Origin: Eledone cirrhosa
Lineage: Eukaryota
Assembly (NCBI GenBank): GCA_964016885.1
Contig: OZ024741.1
Coordinates: forward strand, 388,554,001 to 388,618,000
Direction: 5' to 3'
Length of the DNA: 64,000 nucleotides
Position numbers and translations under genes: made by a program. The notes beneath the pieces were generated by a model. That model searched no databases, was not told the DNA's origin, and saw only the letters and a list, made by a program, of their open reading frames with translations. This document shows positions 34,661 to 47,777 of this stretch, piece by piece (position 1 is the stretch's first letter; the number at the start of each line of letters is the position of its first letter).

Positions 34661-36746
34661 ATAGACATTGCACTTTTGTCTGTTTCAGGTTACAAATTAA
34701 CATGAGAGAAATTGCATCTACAGGCTACATGGTTCCTAGTTTGAAATACTAGCTGTTACAGTTACTAATTAAAACATATTTACAGTATTTGAATAGCCAA
34801 ACAAACTTCTCAACCACGCAGCCCTGCTTGCTCAATAAAGAGAGAAAAGAAATGATGGATAAACTTTGGTTTAACTGTTAAATAATGGCTACTTTATTTT
34901 ACAAAACTGTTTCTACAAAAACAAAGTCACTATTAAAGGGTACAAAAAGAAAGGAAATAAAAAGAAGAAAAATAAAAAAGAATTAAGCAACAAAAGAAAG
35001 GTAGTGGGGGAAGGACAGACACTACGCCCCAGTCAGTACAGTATATCTCAGCTGTGGACAAAATGGCAAAGATATTACAATGGAGAATATCCAGAGACGC
35101 CTGCTGCAACAGCCACACCACCTCACAGGGCTACTTTCTCAAGCAGACCATCATTTAGATTTTACAGGGACCAAGGAGTTCAAAGGTCTTGACAGAGACA
35201 TGTACAAAGTGAAAGCTATTAAATTGTCATTGAGAATAGATTTATCTTTACTTTGACTGCATATAAAAATACTTTAAGAAAGGAATATAGCTGCTGTTGG
35301 TGGTGAGGATGAAGATGATAAGAATGGTATTGTTAATGACACCAATACATTCCCAAGAAATCTGTACATCAATTTCCATTTGGAGTGCTAATAAAATGTT
35401 TTAACCTTTTCAATATCAAACTACCTGTGCTTGATTCTTTGTTACAAAGTTGCTGCTGCTGCTTCTTCTTCTTGCTTGGAAGGTCACGGAGGCAGAGTCT
35501 TCAAACACTCTTTCCAGTGGCTCTTGTCAGGAGCAAACATTTCCAATTGATCCGGATGGATCCCCTGATACAAAAACTTTCCATCATAATTTTGTGTGTG
35601 TGTGTGGCTTTGGTTGGTTCTGACGACAAATTTGAACAATGGAGCAGCTTATTTTTGAAATTAATGTGCAAATGTTGAGCATTCAACAGATAGATGCATC
35701 CTTAATGTAGTTCTCAGGGAGATTCTGTGATGTATTTTTGTGTAAAATAAAGTGTCTTGCTCTAGGAATTGAACTCATGACCTTATGATCATTGGCTGAA
35801 CAGCCTAACCACTAAGCCATACATTTTCACATAATTTTATTCCTGCATACGAATCTTTTATTGAAATGTTCTAAAACATCAGCTTGATACAGAAATAAAT
35901 TTAAATGTTAATTATTTAACTAAATCCCTCCAAATTATTGATTATTTTTGAAATTAATGAAAGTATAGAAACAGTACATTTCATTAGAAATATAGTCATG
36001 AAAAGGTTAAGAAAGGAAATTTAGCTGCTATTGTTGATGGTGATTATGATGATGGTATATGTAATAATGATTTCTACTATAAGCACAAGGCCAGAAATTT
36101 GGGGAGAGGTGAAAGTCGATTAAATCGACCCCACTGCATTACTGGTACTTTATTTTATCGGCTCCATGAGGATTTGGTGGGAATTGAACTCAGAATGTAA
36201 AGGGCCATAGCTATATGCCACAAAGCATATTGTCCAACACTCTACTGTTTATGTATAATAATAATTTCTAATTTAGGCACAAGGCCAACAATTTGTAAGA
36301 AGAATAAATCAATCCAAACTCACGACACTTGGCCAATTGCAGGTTAGTGAGGCTATTTAACCCTTAGTTGGAGTGGATGACTGTTGACTCCAAGGAGTTC
36401 ATCTGCCCTTTTAATAACTTCGTTTTGGGGGCTGCTGGGGTTCCACTTACCCTCCTCATTAGACCATGGTCTGGTGGAGGAGCCAGTTTAGTTGTTGACC
36501 ACTTGACCATAAAGTAGGTTGTACTGGGTTACATGGTACCAGTAGCAGGCAGAAGCCTGACCTGACCATACTATCTTTCTCAGAGATGGTGGGTGGTGAA
36601 TTGGCAGAGCAGATTCATTAGGGTGTCAAATTAAAAAGTGCCTCAGTAATTGTTCCAGCTCACTATATTCTAAATTCAAATACTACCAACATCAGGTTTG
36701 CCTTTTCATTCTTTCCTGGTCAATACGTAAAGTATACCGTAAGTCT

Positions 36747-36750
<4 letters not shown>

Positions 36751-36822
<72 letters not shown>

Positions 36823-36830
36823 CTTTCTCT
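36751..36830. repeat. (CT)n microsatellite
   Basis: Direct reading of the sequence. Confidence 0.95.
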
Positions 36831-38572
36831 AGAAGAAATCGTCTGTATGTTGGCCTGGAGCGGCATAGGCTCTGCCAGGCTTAAAATGCCCAAGACAAGC
36901 TATATGTCAGAAGAACACTCCTATGACTCCATCAGAAGTTAAGGGCCTTTTATTTATTACTATTTTTAATTGTTAGCTGTATGAAGCTCTGGTGAATACT
37001 CTGAATATTGCAGATAAAGCTCTAATCGTACTTGATTGGCAACAGTTGCCAATTTTGACATCAAATTTTCATGTTGGGAAAATTCTACTCTGAGATTATC
37101 TTAAATCTTTTCTTACATTAAATGTTGAACCAGAATTGCTAATTTGTATTCATAACAAGTCTCACTAAAAGGGCTTCCATTACTATTTGTCTTCTCAGTG
37201 AAGTGTTCTGCTTGTGAACAATTAGCTTCTTGATTGTCTGCTCATTATATTTCAGCGGAGACAGGATCAACTGCTCTTATCGAAGTGCATGCCACTCTGT
37301 TCCTTGAAAAAAGGTTAGTAGCTAGCGTTTTAATTACCAATCTTCTGTTCGCCATTAATTTAAATTAATTTTGTTAACATTAAAATCATACTCAGTATTG
37401 GAGATATCCTTCAACTATACACCAGTATTAGCGAAAAGCTTCATGTCACCATGTACAGGTAGATTCTAAAGCATCCATTAACATGTAGAAGCTTTATAAA
37501 TGGAATGATCAGATTTGGAAACAACAGTATTAATGAATGCTGGCTGTGATTAGACTCTGCACATAACAGCAGTGATTACTGACCTCAGTGGCTTTTGAAA
37601 TAATAGTGTTAATGAATAAAATTATTATTTGTTCAGTTAGGGCTTTAACAAATGCAGTTTAATGCATTGATTGCATTAATGATCATAGTCATTAGCTGAC
37701 ACAATAGCCCCTGTTCAGGATTGCCATCACTATACGGATTTCTTTTTGAGAAATGTTCTTTATTTTATTAATTATCAACATTTTGAACTTGAAATTTTTA
37801 TTATTCTTTTTTTTTTTTAGATACAGAATAGTTACAGCAAAATTACAATTTTTTAATCTGTTTTGCATAAAAATGTCTGATATTCTATAGCTTTTGTGAT
37901 AGCCATTGTACAAATATATGTTACTCTTGAATTCAGATGACACTTAAGGTCAAGAATGATCGTCCTTTATGTAACTATATATGATTGGTTTGAACATGTT
38001 GCAGCTTTTAAACTAGATAGTAAGTCCTCGTGTTATTAGAGCCTCAGTGTCATGTAATCAAATTTTCATCCTACCATCTCAAGAAAGGAAGGACACATTG
38101 AGTAATGTATATTTGAAAAAGAAAAGATGGAATGGTTATAAATGGAATGTCTTTGATTATTGCTCTGCTCAATCATAGCTGACCTGGGGCTAAATAACCA
38201 CAGATGTATCAATAGCATGCTAAATATTTGAAACTATTGCAAAACAAATCCACAAATAAAGGATTCTTATTTAAATAAAAATCTTCCAATATAATTTCAC
38301 ATTAGAACTCTTTGTTAAGTTTTAAATCAAAATCTTTTAACTTAATTTGATGTAAGACATTTTTGTTAAGTTACATCATAAATTTTTGTAAATCCTTAAA
38401 AGTTCTTAATTAATTAATTCAAATACAATGTATTTGATTAGAAATATAGTCAGAAAAGGGTTTAATTTGATAACCTAAATGCTACATTAGTATGCATTAA
38501 TTAGCAGCTGCACTAACATAGTGTGATTTATAATAGAGGTATATAAGAAAGTATATATGATATGTTTATATA

Positions 38573-39130
38573 TAATTGTTTCTACTTTTGCCACAAGGCC
38601 AATTACCCAGTGCATTACTGGTACTTTATTTTATCGACCCCGTAAGGATGAAAGGCAAAGTTAACCTCAGCGGGATTTGAACTCAGATCATACAGGGTGG
38701 TAACTCTATGCTTCAAAGCATGGTGTCCAACCCTCTACCGATACTGCCAATCCACCACCTTATATATAATTGTTTCTACTTTAGGCACAAGGCCAGCAAC
38801 TACCCAGTGCATTACTGGTACTTTATTTTATCGACCCCGTAAGGATGAAAGGCAAAGTCAACCTCGGCGGGATTTGAACTCAGACCGTAAAGGGACGTAA
38901 CTATGCTGGAAAGCATGGTGTCTGACCCTCTACCGATACTGCCAAATGTTTTCTGATAAGGCCAACAATTCTGAGGGAGAGGAAAGTTCATTAAATCAAC
39001 CCCAATGCATTACTGGTGTTTTATTTTATCAAAAGCAAAGTTGACTTTGGCTGGATTTGAACTCAGAACATAAGGTTTATGACTCCATGCAGCAAAGCAT
39101 GGTGTCTGCTGCTCTACCGATACTGCCAAT
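38573..39130 (-). mobile_element. Three tandem SINE copies
   Basis: Units start at ~38575, ~38768 and ~38950, each with the GGATTTGAACTCAG B-box complement. Confidence 0.85.
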
Positions 39131-40109
39131 TCATTATATTTGATGTTTTTATATATAATAAACATATATAACTGTCGCAATTTCAGTAGCCATGTAGGAA
39201 CACCAGGCACTTGTGTTTCAAGATATTTCATGCATCAGTAACATTTACTCACTCAGTACTGAGATAAGAATAAGCTGTAGTTTATATACTTTATGCATAT
39301 AAAACATCTGCTGGGGATGCTCATTTGCATTTAGTACAAGCTTGACTTGTTTGAGATTAATTAGTAGTAATACTAACATAGTTCAAAATTAGCTTTGCCT
39401 TTCATCCTTATGGGGTCAATAAAATAAAATACCAGTAACACATTTGGGTTGATTTAATCGATTGTCCCCTCCCCCAAATTGTTGGTTTTGTGCCTAAATC
39501 AGAAATCATTATACATAAAAGTATCATATATGGCTTTATATACACCTCTGTCGCTATTGTAGTAATACTATTTTATTGATGTTACATGGTTGAAAAACTG
39601 AGTCAACTTTAATAAAACTTGAGCCAAGATCCAAGAAACCTCAAGTTCATAGTTCAACTGCTGAACTAACATCCAATGTTTGTGAAGTTGATATGAGAAA
39701 CGTGATTATAAGAAAACTAAATTAGGATGTCTACCAAAAGATATTAACTTGTAGAAGCAATCATGAATAGTGGCTTTGTTTACCTAAATGTTATGCAAAG
39801 ATGTATTGATCTACATTTGTGAGCAGACATTTATTTAACCAGTTATTCATTTGATTTACAACTTTGATAACTATTTCATCACAGAGTAGTTGTTGTCCCT
39901 TTTACATTGTTATTCCCACAACTGTAATTATTTGTCAGAAGTGGTTTCTGTCTCATGTCTAGTCAATCAAAAAGAAGGGATCAAAGATATCAAAAGTGAA
40001 ATCAGTGAAAGAACATACCGAATTATGAATATAAAATATGGAAATAACGATTTCAGGTCAGTAGGAATTGACAAATGTGGGTGCAGACATGACTAAGTGG
40101 TTAGCAAGT

Positions 40110-40510
40110 TTTTTACCTCACTATGAACTGTGGAAGAAACTGGGTATAAATGGAATCAGAAGTAGTGAGCAAGAGAGGAGGCTGAATTGGTATGGACAAG
40201 TGATGTGCATGGATGATGATTGGTAGGTGAAGAAGTGCTGAGTAACCCCATTGGAAGGAAGCCACAGTAGAGGAAAAACCAAGGAAGATCTGGATGGAAG
40301 TGGTGAGAGCTGATCTCAGATTGCTAAATCTCACAGAGATGACAAAGGTATACAATGCCAAGTGGAGAGATGATGTTCTATCATCATCATCATCATTATC
40401 ATTTTACATCCGTTGTTTCATGCTTGCATGGTTTGGACAGGTCCTTCCAAAGGAATGCAATGACAAGTGGAGAGATGTTGTTCTGAGAAGGACCCATCAT
40501 GATCAGCAAC
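40110..40510 (+). mobile_element. Decayed RTE 3' fragment with an internal inverted tail piece
   Basis: RRLNWYG..RGKPRKIWMEVVRADLR. CAAGTGGAGAGATG.TGTTCT is duplicated around a (CAT)n tail in the opposite orientation. Confidence 0.7.
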
Positions 40511-40589
40511 ATTTTACATCTGTACAGCATCTCTCCACATGTCATTGCATTCCTTTGTCATATTCTCCATGAGCTTTATGGTATGTTCA

Positions 40590-40975
40590 ATAGGTAAAGA
40601 ACAAATTTTGGGAGAGACAGTATATATTTTCATAAGTTTACAAAACTTTGTCTCCTTCAAATTAATGACTTCTCACATCTACATACTCACACAGGTGACT
40701 TCCCCTCTCCTGGAAGACCTCCTCTCAGTCCTTCTTCTGCAGTCCCACTGATTTACTGATGCCACCTTCAGCTTCTGTGTTGACTCAAATCTGATTCCTT
40801 GAGGCTGTCTCACATGTGTGGGAACTGGAAGAAATCACAAGGAACCAGGTGGGGCTGTAGCGTGGGTGTTGTACTACTTTTATTCCTCTGTTGGTTATCT
40901 AAGGTGTCACCAGTATTGACTTGTGGCATGGGGCATTGTCCTGGTGGAACTACTACTCTCCACCACTTCACTGTT
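40590..40975 (-). mobile_element. Mariner transposase C-terminal fragment
   Basis: Minus strand reads FHQDNAPCH...VVQHPRYSP, matching the mariner DNA..H and YSPDL motifs. Confidence 0.75.
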
Positions 40976-41840
40976 CAACCTCATCCTCATCTAGGGTTTT
41001 GGAGGGTGGGTGTTCCTGGATGGGGTATGGCTGAGGTACCAAGGGAGGGAGCATATGAAAGGGTAGGAATGGCTATTAAAGAGTTATAGTAACCATATGG
41101 TACAATAGAAAGGGAAAAATTGAAAAGAAAGAGAAAAGGACAAAAAGTATTAAATAGAGAAAGTAAGGAAAAGAGATGGGAGGAAATGGCAGACTCTACA
41201 CTCCAGACACAGTTGTACACCTCAGCTGCACCTTGCAGATAAAAGGGTGATGGAGTGGCTATGAAGAACAGCCAATGACACCCACTGCATCAGCCACACA
41301 ATTTTGGACTGCGGTCGAGTAATCAACTTTCTCTTCCCCTAAAATTGTTGGCCTTGTGCCTAAATCAGAAACCTTATTAGTAGAGAATCGGATAACATGC
41401 TTTGAAGCATAGAGTTACGTCCCTTTACATTCTGAGTTCAAATCCCGCCGAGGTTAGCTTTGACTTTCATCCTTACTTTCATCCTTTTCTCAATAAAATA
41501 AAGTACCAGTAACGCACTGGGTCGATTTAATCGACTTTCCCCTCCCCCATAAAATGGTTGACCTTGTGCCTAAATCAGAAACCATTATAGGTCTGTTTAG
41601 TTAGACCTGACTTGGGGCTAAACAACAACAACTTTTTGGTATTTATGAATAAGCTATAATTTGCATTCATGAGTAAATAATAATTGTTTCTACTTTTGGC
41701 ACAAGGCCAGCAATTACCCAGTACATTACTGGTACTTTATTTTATCGACCCCGTAAGGATGAAAGGCAAAGTTAACCTCGACAGGATTTGAACTCAGACC
41801 GTAAAGGGACGTAACTATGCTGGAAAGCATGGTGTCCGTA

Positions 41841-42500
41841 TAATATTAATATTCAGTTCATTTACAAGCAAACAGCCTCATTACGCCATGTGTTCAAGAC
41901 AACTAATGTCATCCTTTTGTTCCAGAGAGAAAAACAATCTACAATTGTTTCAGTGTTATTGCCCCTTATCAAGATTGTGTATTTCTCTCCCTTCTACTAC
42001 ACTCTGGAACTGTTGAGAATATATGGTATTCTCTAAAGTATACATCGGCTGATTTGTCTTATTTGCATACCGAGCATTTTATAATTTGGATGTGCCGAAA
42101 ATTAAAAACTAAATTTGTTTTTGCTCTAACATGACGGATATGTAAATGTATTTGTGAGTGAATAATAATAACAATATTGTAATAATATTATTAATATTTG
42201 GTTTGTTTGCAAACAAACAGCCTCAATACATCATGTATTCAAGATGACTAATATCATTCTTTTGTTCCAGCAGTAACAGAGAGAAACACAATCTACAATT
42301 GTTTTGGGTTATTGCCTCTTATCAAATAGATTGTTTTTCTCTCTGCTACTGCTGGAACAAAACAATGACATTAGTCATCTTAAATACACGGTGTAATGAG
42401 GCTGTTTGTTTGCAAACAAACTGAATATTAATAATATTATTATTATTCACTCACGAATGCATTTATGTATCCATGATGAGCAAAAGCAAATTTTGTTTTT
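41841..42500. mobile_element. Palindromic MITE family (hairpin 42105-42500, truncated copy 41841-42010)
   Basis: GTTTGTTTGCAAACAAACAGCCTCA / TGAGGCTGTTTGTTTGCAAACAAAC arms centred at ~42310. The terminal TAAAGTATACATCGGC segment also occurs inverted at 16290-16380 and 24340-24370. Confidence 0.75.
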
Positions 42501-42706
42501 AGCTATAATTTGTTTCACTTAAAAAGTTATTAACTTAGTTATATTTTATCATTATCATCATTACCATTCAATATCCATTATTCCATGCTAGCATAGGTTA
42601 GATGAACTGTTCTGTTGTGAGACAAGCCAGATCAGAGGACCGTGTCTTCATCATACAGAACTGATTTTGGCTTGGTTTTTACAGCTGAATGCCCTTTCTA
42701 ATGCCA

Positions 42707-43540
42707 ACCACATTTACAGTGTGTACTGAGTGCTTTTTGTCATGACACCTACACGACCACTTTACAGTGTGTACTGAGTGCTTTTTGTCATGACACCTAC
42801 ACGACCACTTTACAGTATGTATTGAGTGATTTTTGTCATGACACCTACACGACCACTTTACAGTATGTACTGGGTACTTTTTGTCGTGATACCTACACAA
42901 CCACTTTACAGTATGTACTGGGTGCTTTTTGTCATGGTACTTACACAACCACTTTACAGTATGTACTGGGTGCTTTTTGTCATGGTACTTACACAACCAC
43001 TTTACAGTATGTACTGGGTACTTTTTGTCATGGTACTTACACAACCACTTTACAGTATGTACTGGGTACTTTTTGTCATGACACCTACACGGCCACTTTA
43101 CAGTATGTACTGGGTGCTTTTTGTCATGGTACTTACACAACCACTTTACAGTATGTACTGGGTGCTTTTTGTCATGACACCTACACGGCCACTTTACAGT
43201 ATGTACTGGGTGCTTTTTGTCATGGTACTTACACAACCACTTTACAGTATGTACTGGGTGCTTTTTGTCATGGTACTTACACAACCAGTTTACAGTATGT
43301 ACTGGGTGCTTTTTGTCATGGTACTTACACAACCACTTTACAGTATGTACTGGGTGCTTTTTGTCATGGTACTTACACAACCACTTTACAGTATGTACTG
43401 GGTACTTTTTGTCATGGTACTTACACAACCACTTTACAGTATGTACTGGGTACTTTTTGTCATGGTACTTACACAACCACTTTACAGTATGTACTGGGTA
43501 CTTTTTGTCATGGTACTTACACAACCACTTTTACAGTGTG
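42707..43540. repeat. 48-bp minisatellite (~17 copies) inside an RTE 3' UTR
   Basis: Unit CCACTTTACAGTATGTACTGGGTGCTTTTTGTCATGGTACTTACACAA, preceded by the RTE tail at 42550-42706. Confidence 0.95.
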
Positions 43541-44059
43541 GGCCAGGCACGTTTCTATATGATAACTTAGTAACTTAGTCTAAGTGAACATTTATCAGAC
43601 TTAACATTGTCTTTTAGGTAGAATCTGTATCTTTTACACACCTGATTCTATTTTAACAAGAAATACTTGAAATTGGAAGACACTATCTCTATCTTGTTCA
43701 TCTAGAAAGAAGTTAGATTTTTAACATGATAAGAATAGCTCGCAGGAAAAATTTGGAAGAAATAGATGTTCTTTTTACACTCCCCAAACACTATAACTTC
43801 TGTCAAGTCCTTTTTGATTAGATTGGCAGTTTATTCACCAACCGTTCTAATTGATAATATTTTCAGCTGACAACAACAACAATATCACTATCACCACCAC
43901 CACCAACAACAACAATAACTATAACAGAAACAACAACAACAATAATGCCATCACCCAAAAAAATATACCAATAACAACACCGACAGCAACATCACCAACA
44001 ACAACAGATAGACAGATAGATAAAATAAAACAAAAAATAAATAAATAAAATAAAATAAA

Positions 44060-44865
44060 CAGCTGCACCTCTAAATATTCTGAGAGGCTTATCTTGGTGA
44101 TCAATATTGTGATGAAGGTGACTTTGATGTAGAATAAGAGAATCTCAATTATTCCATTCAACATCTTGACATTTAAGTGGACTTTTGAAGTGAGAGAGAA
44201 GGTGAAGTCAGAGAGAAGGGGGGAAGGTGGAGAGGAGGGGGAGAGAAAACAGAAGCTGTGAAGCAATCATTCAATTTGTCAATGTAGCTGTTGACAGTGC
44301 CGACCAGCTGGAATCCCAAGATCATTGAGATTTTCTGCTTGATTCATCCATTCAAATGTTCCGTTGATAATCAGTTAAGTTCAGAAGACAGGAAAATCTT
44401 ATCATCTCATAAAGAAATCATTTTTCCATCCAAGAAGTGGCAATGTTTTCATAATTCTTCATTAGCTTCTTTGGAATTTTGTAGTTCATCAATTTTGTGT
44501 CTTAGCTGATCATCTGCTTGTCCAAGTTGGCAAGGTTCATCAACAGTCTCTAAAGGGTCAAAATGATCACTAATTACTGAGAAACTACCATTCATACTGG
44601 AGGTACCATCTATTACCAGTTCCTTATTGCACTGATTCCTCCATTTTCACAAGTAAGTTTGTATGTGTGTGAGTGGTTTCAATGGTGGAGTGGCTTGTGT
44701 TCTGTTGACCTAAGGGGCTATATTGGCAGGAACCAAGATCTTGGTAAGTTCAACCAAGCCAGGCAGGCCAAAAGGTAGGAACCAAATGAGATCTTAAACA
44801 CTTTAGGACTAAACCTAAATGCCAATCCAGGAGTAGGTATATAACTGTTGTAATGATTATATCTG
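44060..44865 (-). pseudogene. Decayed exon-like coding segment (coiled-coil followed by Ser/Pro-rich region), unidentified
   Basis: Minus strand: GLVELTKILVPANIAP*VNRTQATPPLKPLTHIQTYL*KWRNQCNKELVIDG...QADDQLRHKIDELQNSKEANEEL*KHCHFLDGKMISL*DDKIFLSSELN*LS. Stops are mostly TGA, and there are frameshifts. Duplicate at 62507-63312. Confidence 0.5.
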
Positions 44866-45787
44866 TTCTGATCAGTGGCAAAATGTCACAGTATAATGTA
44901 CAACAGTATGAGTTATTAGTTCCTTCAATTGAAACATTGGAGTAGCTAGGAGGCATGTAGCTTAGTGGTTAAATAATTAGATTCACAATAATGAGGTTGT
45001 GAATTCAATTTCCAGACTGGGTGATGTAATATTTCACATTTCTTTTTCTGTCAGGAGCTGTGATCAGTAGATTGTATCAGCAATGGGAAGACCAATGGAA
45101 ACCTTATTTCCTTGGTCTGATTTGATGAGTTCTACCCCATTTGATAAACAAATAAGGTCTGCGAGCTTGTCAATTGATCGATTGAGTAGTTATGAGGACC
45201 TGCATGTCACTAACATTGACCATCATTACTCTGAGGGAGCAATCAAAAGTTCACTCGATCTGATAGATGGATAGTGTATGACATGGGTAGTTAACAATGT
45301 ATTGCATTCACAAAAACAGCTGCAGGAAAGACATTGAGCCTTTCTTACAAACAGGAAAGAAAAAGAAGTAAAATCTTTTTTATAATATTTTCTAAACACA
45401 TTGTCCATTGTTTTTTGTGATTTTCTGGGTCAGAGTGCATCAACAGTAGCCACAGATCACGGAAGAATTTAGGATCAATTTTATTCTTTAAATATATAAA
45501 CATTAATTCATCAATTATTTTTTCCTGTAGATAGCATCGTTCTAAGTTCAAATCCCTCCAGGTTCCATCCATTTAACCCTTCAACTGGTAAAACTATTTT
45601 TGTTTCAATTAACTACAGTCCTTCTCTATAAAATATCGCTTTCATACTCAGAGACAAAATCAATAACTGACCATTGTCAGAACGCAATGTCTTGAAAATC
45701 ACTAAAATATTATAAAATGTCGCTTTAACTTCTTTAAATGAAAGAGTGTTTATATTTCTATTAGGCAGCTTGGTGTGTAATAAATAA

Positions 45788-47777
45788 CAATTGTCAACAA
45801 AATTTTGCTTTTTTTCAGCTGACCAAAGTTTGAGATTTGTTCTTCAGTAATTTGGGGCTGCTGAGTTTAAAAATGACAACACTTTTTTCTATCACATCAA
45901 TTTTTTTATCTATGAGCCCCACCCATAGCTACAAGGTAATCATTTATGTTGATATTTTATTTTATCTATGTATTTAGACATCTTTTTATCTATCTAGATA
46001 CACCTGGATATATATAAATATATTATATCTAATAATTATTTTCCCTCTTTTCAGATAACACAGTTATTCAGTAGCATGGCTTCATTACAAAGAAAATGTT
46101 TGCATTCCCCTGACTCTTTTTACTATATATGCAGTAGTTTTACTGTACCAAGTCAAAGAATGAACATTATGAATTTGTGAAAAGACCATACTTGGCTTAC
46201 TATAAGCTTAAACTTAGTGATCAGGATAAATTGTGGGCTCTGGACAATGTATGTAAACCATGTGTCGAAAATCTACGTCAATGGACAAAGGGCACAAGAA
46301 AACAACTAGCTTTTGGCATTCCTATGGTATGGTGGGAGCCAAAGAACCATGCAGAAGATTGCTACTTTTGTACACAAAGACTTCTGGTTATATCAAGAAA
46401 ACTTGGCAGAATGTAAGTTACCCAAATCTGGATTCAGCAATTTGTCCCAAGCTTCACTCAGATGAAGTATCAGTACCTGTTTACATAGAATTACCTTCAT
46501 TGGAAGATGAAAGGGATTTTTTTGTTTCAGATAAAAATCATGAACATAGCAGACTTTGTAGATACAGCAACCAAGGAACGTGAAAACTTCAACCAGACAG
46601 AACTGAATGATTTAGTTAGAGACTTAGACTTATCAAAAGAGTTATCAGAACTGTTAGCTTCTAAACTTAAAGAGAAGAATATGTTGCAGAAAGAAACAAA
46701 TGTAACTTTTTATCGGAACAGGGAAAAAGATCTCTTGGCATTCTTTAAAATTGAAAAGATTTTGTCTACTGTTGTGATGTGGTTGGATTGTTAAAAGCAA
46801 TGGGTGCTCTACAGTATGATCCTCATGAATGGAGACTCTTTATAGATAGTTCAAAGAAGAGTCTAAAATATGTATTATTCCATAATGAAAATATAAAAGC
46901 TGTATTAGATTTACTCAGGTATGATGAACACAAATGGGACATATGTGTAGATCTGAAAATGGTCAACTTTTTACTTGGCCAACAAGGAGGGTGTACAACA
47001 TATCTGTGTTTCCTGTGTTTATGAGATAGCTGACTGAAAGACAAACACTGGGAATAGAAGCATTGGTCAGTTAGAAAACGTCTGACTGTTGGGGAGAAGG
47101 ATATCATACACCAACCACTTGTTGGGCGAGAGAAATCATCTTCCCAGTCCTTTATATTAAACTAGGACTGATGAAGCAGTTTGTCAAATCTCCTAATGTG
47201 GACAGTTACTGTTTCATATTCATATGTTCATTTCCTGGCCTAAATGTTATAATAAAATAAAAGCTGGGTTTTTTTTATGGGACACAAATCAGAAAGTTAA
47301 TGAAATGCCAAAACTTCTCGAGCTCAATGACTGACATAGAAAAAAGAGCATGTGATTCATTTGTGTCTGTTGTGAAAAAGGGGTAGCAAAAAGGCTGCAA
47401 ACTACAAGGATTTGGTGGAGACATTGCCTGATAGCTTTCATCTTTTAGGCTGCAGTATGAGCATAAAGATTCATTTCCTCAAGAGCCATCTCAATGAAGT
47501 CCCTGCTAATCTTAGAGACATGAGTGATGAGCATGGTGAGCGCTTCCATCAAGATATCAAGGTTATGGAGGAGAGATATCAAGGTAGATGGAACACACAG
47601 ATGATGACAGACTACTGTTGGAGTATTCAAAGAGACAGTGTAGACATGAAACACTCCAAGAACTCTCGTAAGTGAAAATGTGTTAGCAAAAAACGGATAC
47701 CATATTTGAAATAAGCACCTCGAAATTAGCTAAAAGTAACAACAAAACCTAAGTCAGCAAAAGTATATTGACCAGTG
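45788..47777 (+). mobile_element. Chapaev3-type DNA transposon, both ends present, transposase decayed
   Basis: Left end CAATTGTCAACAAAATTTTGCT versus right end (rc) CACTGGTCAATATACTTTTGCT, with TAA on both flanks (3-bp TSD). Protein motifs DQDK.W...C..C, PMVW.EPKNH..DCYFC, WRLFIDSS, LKMV.FLLGQQGG and SDEHGERFHQDI..ME.RYQG. Confidence 0.85.

Noticed and set aside
42679-43578. CRISPR array or 16-aa repeat protein
   Set aside because: Contiguous 48-bp units without spacers, no cas genes, and derived from the RTE 3' UTR.
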